Of a stretch of DNA of 64,000 bases, positions 9,794 to 17,555 are shown piece by piece. The first letter of the stretch is position 1; every line of letters starts with the position of its first letter. The translations under genes were made by a program, and so were the position numbers. The notes beneath the pieces were generated by a model that was not told the origin of the DNA, did no database searches, and saw only the letters and a list, made by a program, of their open reading frames with translations. This DNA comes from Bacteroidota bacterium (lineage in GTDB: Bacteria; Bacteroidota; Bacteroidia; Bacteroidales; VadinHA17). Location of the stretch: assembly GCA_030618105.1 (NCBI GenBank), contig JAUXED010000002.1, forward strand, positions 15-64,014, read 5' to 3'.

Positions 9794-9881
9794 GAACACG
9801 GATGACACGAATATTGCAGATAATCACGGATAAAAGATGAAATATCAGTGTAAATTTGTTAAATCCGTGTTATCTGTGTTC
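9794..9881 (+). repeat. 88-nt imperfect hairpin element (CACGGAT-type arms)
   Basis: Arms GAACACGGATGACACGAAT (9794-9812) and ATCCGTGTTATCTGTGTTC (9863-9881). 16 of 19 positions are complementary, and 2 of the 3 mismatches are G-U compatible only on the plus strand. Confidence 0.75.
9851..9858 (+). promoter_or_regulatory. Candidate -7 box TAAATTTG upstream of the MFS gene
   Basis: Matches TAnnTTTG about 100 nt upstream of 9959. Lies in the loop of the hairpin element at 9794-9881. Confidence 0.35.
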
Positions 9882-9958
9882 TATTAAATAATAAATAGCA
9901 ACTTGAGTTAATTAGTCAATTAGAAATTAATTTAGAAACCTTATTTAATCAAAATACA

Positions 9959-11122
9959 TTGACAAGACAAAAGAAATTAGCATTTATTGCAGCATATTCC
10001 GGTATATTTATATTTGGAATTTGTGCTGTTTCAGTAGGTCTTATTCTGCCTGATGTTATTACTAAATATTCAATAAACGAAATTGAAGCGGGAGTAGTTG
10101 CCTCTCTTTTGCCTTTCGGTATCCTCGCAGGTTCTTTTGTTTTCGGGCCTGTGGTTGACCGGTATGGCTACAAGTATTTGCTTATCTTTTGTGTACTGGC
10201 AGTGATGCTGGCATTGGAAGGAATAGCATTTAGTGAAAGTTTATTTCTTCTCAAATCATCAGTTTTTGTTATTGGCTTTGGTGGAGGCATCCTTAATGGA
10301 GCAACATGTACCCTGGTGAGTGACATAGGCGATGGTGACAGGGGTGCCAACCTGAGTGTGTTAGGGGTGTTTTTCGGTATAGGTGCATTTGGGATGCCTT
10401 TAATTATTGGTTTATTATCAAAAACATTTACGGGTAATGAAATAATTGCATTTATCGGGTATGTTCTTTTTATTCCTCTGGTTTATTTCTTTTTTGTCAG
10501 CTTCCCAAAATCAAAAATAGCCCGGCAATTTCCCATCAAAGAGTTTCTTCAAATGACAAAGGATCCTGTAATTATACTTATTGGAGTTTTCCTGTTTTTT
10601 GAAAGTGGTGTTGAGGGGTTAGCAAACAGCTGGTCAACTACATATTTACATGATGTTATTGAAGCAGAAAAGGAGGAAGCAATGTTTGCTCTGTCAGCCC
10701 TGGTACTAAGTCTTACTCTGACACGAATAGTGCTGGGATATGTTTTGCGAAAGTTTTCTTCTGCTCTTATTCAATTCATAAGTATTTGTATTGCAGCTAC
10801 CGGTGCATTGATATTGATGTACTCAGTTACCTATGGATCAACCCTGCTGGGGCTTATTTTACTTGGTGCAGGATTCGCAGCAGGATTTCCCATTTTACTC
10901 GGTTTCGTGGGTGAACTCTATAAAGAAATGTCAGGAACAGCATTTAGTTTTGTAATGGTTATTGCCTTGATTGGCAATATTATAATAAATTACCTGATGG
11001 GAGTGATAGCTCACACTGCCGGAATGAAACATTTTTCTTCATTATTACTGAGCTGTTTTGTAATTATGGTGGTAATTCTGTATTTTGTAATTAAGAAAAT
11101 ACGTTTTAAAATAAAAACATAA
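9959..11122 (+). CDS. MFS transporter
   Basis: About 12 hydrophobic helices and a loop 2-3 motif GPVVDRYGYK. TTG start as given by the ORF track. Confidence 0.85.
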   Translation: MTRQKKLAFIAAYSGIFIFGICAVSVGLILPDVITKYSINEIEAGVVASLLPFGILAGSFVFGPVVDRYGYKYLLIFCVLAVMLALEGIAFSESLFLLKSSVFVIGFGGGILNGATCTLVSDIGDGDRGANLSVLGVFFGIGAFGMPLIIGLLSKTFTGNEIIAFIGYVLFIPLVYFFFVSFPKSKIARQFPIKEFLQMTKDPVIILIGVFLFFESGVEGLANSWSTTYLHDVIEAEKEEAMFALSALVLSLTLTRIVLGYVLRKFSSALIQFISICIAATGALILMYSVTYGSTLLGLILLGAGFAAGFPILLGFVGELYKEMSGTAFSFVMVIALIGNIIINYLMGVIAHTAGMKHFSSLLLSCFVIMVVILYFVIKKIRFKIKT

Positions 11123-11139
11123 AACAACTCAATGTTATC

Positions 11140-11700
11140 ATGAAACCTTTTTTACGAACTGTTGCATTATTGTGGGTAGTTTTACCAACTGCCTTATCAG
11201 CCGAACAAACGGTACCGCAAATAAAAACAAAACCTGACACCATGGTAATAGAATATAAACCTATTGGAGAGTTTCATACCAGTATGACACCTGAAACCGG
11301 AGCACCCCGGCAGGGTACTTTGGAACCTGAAAATAAAGGGACAATTGAGATATATGAACCCTTTACTGAAGCATTGCGGGATATTGAAATGTACGATTAC
11401 ATTATAGTCCTGTACCATATGCATTTGTCAAAAGGGTGGCGATATTCTGCCAATCCATCGGGGAGTAAAAGGTCTTTCGGTCTGTTTGCAACAAGATCAC
11501 CTAACCGGCCGAATTCCATTGGTTTTGCAGTGATCAAACTCAACCGGGTAGATGGAGCCATATTACATGTCAGCGGGATTGATGCGTTTAATGGAACCCC
11601 TGTCCTGGATATAAAACCGTGGATATCATCTCTTGATTGTCCCGATCCCGGTAAGAACATCGAAGTTGAAAGGAAACTTGGGATCAGCCGTAAGAAGTAA
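11140..11700 (+). CDS. TsaA/TrmO-family (YaeB-like) SAM-dependent methyltransferase domain protein
   Basis: Family motifs APRQG, FATRSPNRPNSIG and GTPVLDIKPW. The domain begins at the internal ATG 11242 (MVIEYKPIGEF). The 34 residues upstream look like a signal peptide, so the start is ambiguous. Confidence 0.8.
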   Translation: MKPFLRTVALLWVVLPTALSAEQTVPQIKTKPDTMVIEYKPIGEFHTSMTPETGAPRQGTLEPENKGTIEIYEPFTEALRDIEMYDYIIVLYHMHLSKGWRYSANPSGSKRSFGLFATRSPNRPNSIGFAVIKLNRVDGAILHVSGIDAFNGTPVLDIKPWISSLDCPDPGKNIEVERKLGISRKK

Positions 11701-11787
11701 GTAGTATATAGTAAGTAGTAAATAGTAGAAGAAGAGAAGATGAGAAGAGGTGATGTGGTAATGAGGTGATGTGGTGATTTTAAAATT
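11688..11787 (+). repeat. 100-nt cytosine-free tract with a duplicated 13-mer
   Basis: No C on the plus strand from 11688 to 11787. GAGGTGATGTGGT occurs at 11747-11759 and 11763-11775. Confidence 0.9.
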
Positions 11788-11808
11788 CCGATATATAATT
11801 ACAGGGTT

Positions 11809-13227
11809 ATGCAGACATTAAATAAACATGTTGGTTTGTTTATCGATTATTACGAATTAACCATGGCTCAAGGCTATTTATTGGGTGGTAAAGAGGATGT
11901 TCGTGTAACATTTGATTATTTCTACAGGAAAAATCCTTACGAGGGAGGCTATACATTGTTTGTTGGACTGGAAGATATTTTAGAACTGATTTTAAATTTC
12001 CGGTTTGAGAAAGAGGATCTGAATTATTTAAGTAAAGCAGGATTTGATAAACGGTTTTTGGAATATCTCACTGACTTTAGATTCAGAGGTGATATATGGT
12101 CGTGTAAAGAGGGTGAAGTGGTTTTTCCAAATGAACCTATTGTGCGGGTAGAAGGAAACATTATCGAGGCACAGCTTATCGAGACTCTCCTGTTAAACTT
12201 CTTGAATTTCGAAACCCTGATTGCCACAAAAGCTGCACGAGTACGGCAGATGGCCGGTGATAAGATAATTACAGATTTTGGGTTGCGCAGGGCGCAGGGG
12301 CTGGGAGGCATACATGCCAGCAGAGCCGCGATAATTGGTGGATTTGACAGCACATCAAATGTTTACAGTGCTTTTTCTTTTGGGTTGCCTTCTTCCGGAA
12401 CGCAGGCCCATTCCTGGGTGCAAAGTTATGAGAATGAATTGGACGCTTTTCGTTCATTTGCCAGCTTATATCCTGATAATTGTGTTTTGCTTGTTGATAC
12501 TTATGATACTCTGAATGTTGGGATCCCAAATGCTATTCGTGTAGGTAAAGAGATGGAGGCAGAGGGAAATCGTCTTAAAGGTATTCGGCTTGATAGTGGT
12601 GATCTGGCATATCTGAGTAAGAAAGCAAGACAAATGCTTGACGATGCCGGATTAAAATATGTAAAAATTTTGGCATCAAACCAATTAGATGAATATCTGA
12701 TTAAAAGTCTTAAAACTCAGGGGGCATGCATTGATGTTTATGGAGTTGGAACAAAACTTATAACAGGTCAAGATGATGCTGCACTTGACGGTGTCTATAA
12801 ACTTTCTGAAAGTGATGGCAAACCCAAGATGAAAATCACTGACAGCCATGAGAAAATGACACTCCCCGGCAGGAAAAAGATATTCAGAATACTTAACGGA
12901 GATGATAAGTTTTATGCTGATGCTATAGCTCTGGTTGAGGAAAAGGATATTGGTTTAATTCAACATCCATTTATTTCACGTAAACATATGGATGTATCCC
13001 ACATGAAAAAAGAGGAGTTATTATATAAGGTTTTGGATAGTGGCAAGAGGATCACAGTAAGCCGGAAACCGGGAGAGATTGCCCAATATGCACAGGAAAG
13101 ACTCAATCAATTGCCCGAAGAGCATAAACGGTTTGAAAACCCACATGCTTATAAGGTAGGGATTAGCGAAAAACTCCTGATTCTGCGGGATAAGATAGTG
13201 AATAGTACTAATCAGAAAAATAGATAA
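11809..13227 (+). CDS. pncB: Nicotinate phosphoribosyltransferase
   Basis: N-terminal DYYELTMAQGY and GLRRAQG segments typical of NAPRTase. Followed 4 nt later by a nicotinamidase gene. Confidence 0.88.
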   Translation: MQTLNKHVGLFIDYYELTMAQGYLLGGKEDVRVTFDYFYRKNPYEGGYTLFVGLEDILELILNFRFEKEDLNYLSKAGFDKRFLEYLTDFRFRGDIWSCKEGEVVFPNEPIVRVEGNIIEAQLIETLLLNFLNFETLIATKAARVRQMAGDKIITDFGLRRAQGLGGIHASRAAIIGGFDSTSNVYSAFSFGLPSSGTQAHSWVQSYENELDAFRSFASLYPDNCVLLVDTYDTLNVGIPNAIRVGKEMEAEGNRLKGIRLDSGDLAYLSKKARQMLDDAGLKYVKILASNQLDEYLIKSLKTQGACIDVYGVGTKLITGQDDAALDGVYKLSESDGKPKMKITDSHEKMTLPGRKKIFRILNGDDKFYADAIALVEEKDIGLIQHPFISRKHMDVSHMKKEELLYKVLDSGKRITVSRKPGEIAQYAQERLNQLPEEHKRFENPHAYKVGISEKLLILRDKIVNSTNQKNR

Positions 13228-13231
13228 TAGG

Positions 13232-13771
13232 ATGAAAGCTTTATTAATTGTGGATGTACAGAATGATTTTTGTCCTGGTGGTGCACTGGCTGCTCCTGGG
13301 GGGGATAAGGTAGTTCCGGTAATTAACCGGTTGATGGAGCATTTTGACATTATCGTGGCTTCCCGTGACTGGCATCCGAAAGAATCAATTCATTTCAAAA
13401 AATGGCCGGTACATTGTGTTGAAAATTCTCATGGTGCTGCTTTTCATCCTGATCTAAACACTAAAAATATTCAGCAGGTCTTTTTAAAAGGAACAGGAAA
13501 TCGCGATGATGGATATTCGGCTTTTGAAGCAACCAATTTAAACCTGGAAGAATACCTGAAGCAACGGAATATTGTTGATCTGTACATAGTGGGACTTGCT
13601 ACGGAATATTGTGTTAAAGAATCTGCCTTGGATGCAGTAAGGAATGGATTACATACTTTTGTGATCAAGGAAGCAATACAAGGGGTTCATCAACATGAAG
13701 GAGATGAGGAAAAAGCCCTTAAAGAGATGGAACTAAATGGTGTAGAGCTCCTTGAGCATTATCCTGCTTAG
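13232..13771 (+). CDS. pncA: Nicotinamidase (isochorismatase family)
   Basis: ALLIVDVQNDFCPGGALA N-terminus and the ATEYCV catalytic Cys region. Adjacent to pncB. Confidence 0.85.
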   Translation: MKALLIVDVQNDFCPGGALAAPGGDKVVPVINRLMEHFDIIVASRDWHPKESIHFKKWPVHCVENSHGAAFHPDLNTKNIQQVFLKGTGNRDDGYSAFEATNLNLEEYLKQRNIVDLYIVGLATEYCVKESALDAVRNGLHTFVIKEAIQGVHQHEGDEEKALKEMELNGVELLEHYPA

Positions 13772-13852
13772 TGATTGCCGACTGTGGACTGTGGACTGCC
13801 GATTGTGGACTGCCCGCCCGGATGACTCCGGTCGGACGGGCCGACTGTGGAC
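13772..13852. repeat. GACTGTG-type heptamer / 14-mer array enclosing a GC-rich hairpin; fills a convergent-gene spacer
   Basis: GCCGACTGTGGACT at 13777-13790 and 13840-13853, and GCCGATTGTGGACT at 13798-13811. Central hairpin GCCCG...CCGGA TGAC TCCGG...CGGGC. Confidence 0.85.
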
Positions 13853-15019
13853 TTATTTCGAAATGGGATGTGCAAAGCTGATAACATCAGTTCCGGTGAT
13901 CTTTTTTTCACAAAGTATGATCAGTCGCTCCAGTACATTCCGGAACTCCCTGATATTGCCGGTCCAGTTGATTTTCTGCAATTCTTTGATGGCATCTTTT
14001 GTAATTTCTTTCTTGCTCATACCATATTCATCACATATCCGGATATTAAAGTGATCGGCAAGCAGAGGAATATCCTCTTTCCGTTCGTTTAATGAAGGTA
14101 CCGGAATAAGAATTACACTGATTCTGTGATAGAGGTCTTCCCGGAAATTATGGTTATCAATTTCTTCTTTAATGTTTTTATTGGTAGCAGCTATTACTCT
14201 TACATCTACATCAATATCTTTATTACTGCCCACTCTGGAAATTTGATTTTCCTGTAGAGCTCTCAGTACTTTAGCCTGTGCCGGCAGACTCATATCCCCA
14301 ATTTCATCCAGGAAAATAGTGCCATTCTGTGCCTGTTCAAATTTACCTATTCTTTGTTTATGAGCCGAAGTAAAAGAACCTTTCTCGTGTCCAAAAAGTT
14401 CACTTTCTATCAGTTCCGAAGGAATGGCTGCACAGTTTACTTCAATAAAGGGCTGATTTGCTCTGCTGCTCTTTTCATGAAGCTGGCGAGCTACTAATTC
14501 CTTTCCTGTTCCGTTATCACCGGTAATCAGTACTTTTGCATCGGTGGGAGCAACCCGTTCGATCATATCTTTCACCCTCAAAAGGGCTTTAGATTCTCCA
14601 ACCATTTCATATTTTTTGCTCACCTTCTTCTTCAATGCCCTGGTTTCGGTTACCAGGCTTCCTTTCTCAAGGGCATTCTTAATTGTAATAAGCAGCCGGT
14701 TCAGGTCAAGTGGTTTTTCGATAAAGTCATATGCCCCTTTCTTTATTGATTCAACTGCAGTATCAATATTCCCGTGTCCTGATATCATGATGATGGGGAC
14801 ATCAGTTGTCTGTCCAAATATTTCTTCAAGAACTTCAATACCATCCATCTTAGGCATCTTTATATCACAAAGCACAACGTCATACTGGTTTTTTTCGAAC
14901 ATTTCGAGTCCTTCTTGTCCTTCTGTTGCCAGGTCAACCTCATACTTTTCATATTCAAGAACTTCTTTTAATGAATTTCTGATGCTTTGCTCATCATCGA
15001 TCACTAAGATTCGGGACAT
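13853..15019 (-). CDS. Sigma-54-dependent response regulator (receiver + AAA+), no C-terminal HTH domain
   Basis: Receiver Asp in VVLCDIKMP. Walker A GDNGTGKE and Walker B FLDEIGDM. The sigma-54 contact loop reads GSFTSA (14363-14380). The protein ends about 25 aa after the AAA+ module. Confidence 0.9.
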   Translation of the reverse strand: MSRILVIDDEQSIRNSLKEVLEYEKYEVDLATEGQEGLEMFEKNQYDVVLCDIKMPKMDGIEVLEEIFGQTTDVPIIMISGHGNIDTAVESIKKGAYDFIEKPLDLNRLLITIKNALEKGSLVTETRALKKKVSKKYEMVGESKALLRVKDMIERVAPTDAKVLITGDNGTGKELVARQLHEKSSRANQPFIEVNCAAIPSELIESELFGHEKGSFTSAHKQRIGKFEQAQNGTIFLDEIGDMSLPAQAKVLRALQENQISRVGSNKDIDVDVRVIAATNKNIKEEIDNHNFREDLYHRISVILIPVPSLNERKEDIPLLADHFNIRICDEYGMSKKEITKDAIKELQKINWTGNIREFRNVLERLIILCEKKITGTDVISFAHPISK

Positions 15020-15055
15020 AATTCAAATTATTGTTAATTAATCATTCATTCATTT

Positions 15056-15127
15056 ACTCATTCACTCATTCACTCATTCACTCATTCACTCATTCACTCA
15101 TTCACTCATTCACTCATTCACTCATTC
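15056..15127. repeat. Perfect tandem repeat (ACTCATTC) x 9
   Basis: Counted by hand: 72 nt gives 9 identical octamers, preceded by 2 degenerate units (15041-15055). The plus strand has no G from 15034 to 15140. Confidence 0.97.
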
Positions 15128-16478
15128 AATTCTTATACCTGAGCCATTTCCATAATTCTTTGTAAGTGGTTTTTTTCCCATACATCAATATACCTGTGCG
15201 GTATATCTTTGCTGCCAGCCAGGTAGTGCCGAGAAACGTAAGAACCAGGATCGTCATTGAGAGGATCAGTTCCCAGTAGGGAATACCAAATGGCAGTCTT
15301 GCCATCATAACGATGGGAGAAGTAAACGGGATAAATGAACACCAGAAAGCCACCGAACTTTCAGGGTTTTGAAAAGCTCCCATAGCCACAAACAGTCCCA
15401 AAATCAGGGGAATTGTAATTGGCATCATAAACTGCTGTGTATCGGTTTCATTATCTACCGCAGATCCGACAGCGGCAAACAGTGATGCATAAAGAAAGTA
15501 TCCTCCCATGAAGTAGAACATAAAACTACCCAGTATCAATCCCCAGTTAATACTATGAAGTGAATTAAATACCTGCTGTATTTCATTAAAATCCTGAGTT
15601 TGGGTTACCGGTACCTGTGTTTGTTCAACAGGTGCAGCAGACATAATGTTCTCTGTTATTGCCTGGGTTGTTTGACCAATATCATCAGGCAGAAGTAGCG
15701 ATTGTGCTGAAGTGATAATGACAGCAGTAATAATTATCCACAGAACGAATTGCGTTAAGCCAACCAGTCCGATTCCTAAAATTTTTCCCATCATAAGCTG
15801 GAACGGACGTACTGATGATATGATCACTTCAACAACACGGCTTGTTTTTTCTTCAATGACACCTCTCATCACCTGCGCACCGAAAAGAAAGATTAGGATA
15901 TATATCAGCAATCCACCTATATATGCAATACCCATAGACAAACCGGTGCTGGTCTCTTTTTCTATTCCATCGTCACTTATCTTGATGGTTTGAACATGAA
16001 TATTTGTGCTCACTGCTTTAAGAATCTTATCAAGGTCCTTGATATCATAAGTTTCAAGTTTTTTCTGTTCAATTTCCTTTTCAATCGCATTGGCTATATA
16101 GATAGTCAGGTCGAGTGGCGGTTGTTTATGAGAGATAAGTTGAACTGCATTAGGGATATAGGCAACTTTGGGTGAAATGTATAGTACCGCGTAATATCCT
16201 TTATCGCTGAAATTTGTTTTAAGGTCATCAAGTGTTGCTTCTTCGAGGTACTCAAATTTCAGATATTGAGTATTGGAAATAACATCTTTGAACATATTTG
16301 TTTCATCTTCGACCACCGCGATAACCTTTTCTTCGGTATCGTCACGGGTCATGATCCAGGCTGGCACCAGGAACATGGCAGCCATAAAAACCGGTGCAAG
16401 AAGAGTCATAATGATAAATGATTTTTTCTTCACTCTGGTCAGGTATTCTCTTTGAATTATGATAGATATCTTTGACAT
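15126..16478 (-). CDS. ABC-2 type transporter permease (NatB-like)
   Basis: N-terminal TM helix, a large extracytoplasmic loop, then a cluster of 5-6 TM helices. Lies 33 nt downstream of the ABC ATPase. Confidence 0.8.
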   Translation of the reverse strand: MSKISIIIQREYLTRVKKKSFIIMTLLAPVFMAAMFLVPAWIMTRDDTEEKVIAVVEDETNMFKDVISNTQYLKFEYLEEATLDDLKTNFSDKGYYAVLYISPKVAYIPNAVQLISHKQPPLDLTIYIANAIEKEIEQKKLETYDIKDLDKILKAVSTNIHVQTIKISDDGIEKETSTGLSMGIAYIGGLLIYILIFLFGAQVMRGVIEEKTSRVVEVIISSVRPFQLMMGKILGIGLVGLTQFVLWIIITAVIITSAQSLLLPDDIGQTTQAITENIMSAAPVEQTQVPVTQTQDFNEIQQVFNSLHSINWGLILGSFMFYFMGGYFLYASLFAAVGSAVDNETDTQQFMMPITIPLILGLFVAMGAFQNPESSVAFWCSFIPFTSPIVMMARLPFGIPYWELILSMTILVLTFLGTTWLAAKIYRTGILMYGKKTTYKELWKWLRYKN

Positions 16479-16511
16479 TGTTTTTGAATTTTTGTGTTTA
16501 AACCAGATATT

Positions 16512-17441
16512 TTATTTATCTTTTTTTGAAGCTTCTTCAACAACCCTGATAAAAATATCATTCATGCTTGGAATTATCTCTCTGAACGAGATAATATTAC
16601 CTGAAGAAAGCATTGTTTTAAGCAGGTCGTTAGTTGAAATATTGTTTAAGATCCTCACTTTGACAAAATTTTCTCCATTTCTCTGTTTGCTTTCAATAAT
16701 TTTGTATTGTGTGGTAAGTGTGGCTTTCAGAAGGTTAACATCGCCCCTGAAGCCTATCTCATATTCATCCAGTGAATAATTCCTGCGGATTGTATCCATA
16801 GGTCCTTCCAGGAGTGAGACTGACTCATTGATAAGAGTTATGTGAGTGCACAATTCTTCAACAGATTCCATATTATGGGTTGAAAAGATAATGGTTGCTC
16901 CCTTCTTTTTCAGTTTAAGTATCTCCTGCTTAATAATGTTAGCATTGATTGGGTCAAAACCGCTGAAAGGTTCATCGAAAATCAACAACTTTGGTTCATG
17001 AATAACAGTTGTTATAAACTGTACCTTTTGTTGCATTCCCTTGGATAGTTCTTCAACTTTTTTGTCCCACCATGCCTGGATCTCAAATTTCTCAAACCAA
17101 TCTTTTAGTCTTGAGATAGCATCAGAACGGCTGAGTCCTTTGAGTTGTGCAAGGTATATTGCCTGCTCGCCGACCTTCATTTTTCTGTATAACCCTCTTT
17201 CTTCAGGTAAATAACCGATATCAAAAACATCATTTGCTTTAAGCTTATGGTTATTAAAAAAGATCTCACCGTTATCAGGAGCTGTAATCTGGTTTATTAT
17301 CCTTATCAAAGTGGTTTTTCCGGCGCCATTAGGCCCTAAAAGTCCATAGATGCTGCCTTCGTTAACCGCCAGATTTACCTTGTTCAGTGCAAGATGATTC
17401 GAGAATTGCTTAACAATGTCTCTGGCTTCTAATAATTTCAT
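16512..17441 (-). CDS. ABC transporter ATP-binding protein
   Basis: Walker A GPNGAGKTT, signature LSKGMQQK, Walker B LLIFDEP. Start moved to ATG 17441 (MKLLEARDI) because a TAnnTTTG box at 17502-17509 lies inside the longer ORF. Confidence 0.9.
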   Translation of the reverse strand: MKLLEARDIVKQFSNHLALNKVNLAVNEGSIYGLLGPNGAGKTTLIRIINQITAPDNGEIFFNNHKLKANDVFDIGYLPEERGLYRKMKVGEQAIYLAQLKGLSRSDAISRLKDWFEKFEIQAWWDKKVEELSKGMQQKVQFITTVIHEPKLLIFDEPFSGFDPINANIIKQEILKLKKKGATIIFSTHNMESVEELCTHITLINESVSLLEGPMDTIRRNYSLDEYEIGFRGDVNLLKATLTTQYKIIESKQRNGENFVKVRILNNISTNDLLKTMLSSGNIISFREIIPSMNDIFIRVVEEASKKDK

Positions 17442-17501
17442 ATATAGTTGTTTTTTGAATATTAATGATAAAAGCAGGGTTAAATCCAACTTTAGGTGAT
17501 A

Positions 17502-17509
17502 CAAAAATA
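17502..17509 (-). promoter_or_regulatory. Candidate -7 box TATTTTTG for the ABC transporter operon
   Basis: The plus strand reads CAAAAATA, 61 nt upstream of ATG 17441. Confidence 0.4.
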
Positions 17510-17555
17510 GAAACTTTATTCAATAATGGAATATTGGAGTTTTAATTTGTACAGA

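Noticed and set aside
13752-14092. ORF-track entries 13752-14054 (100 aa, DCRLWTVDCRLWTA...) and 13847-14092 (81 aa).
   Set aside because: The first begins as a literal translation of the GACTGTG repeat. It then runs antisense through the 3' end of the well-supported sigma-54 activator gene, as does the second. Neither has independent coding evidence.
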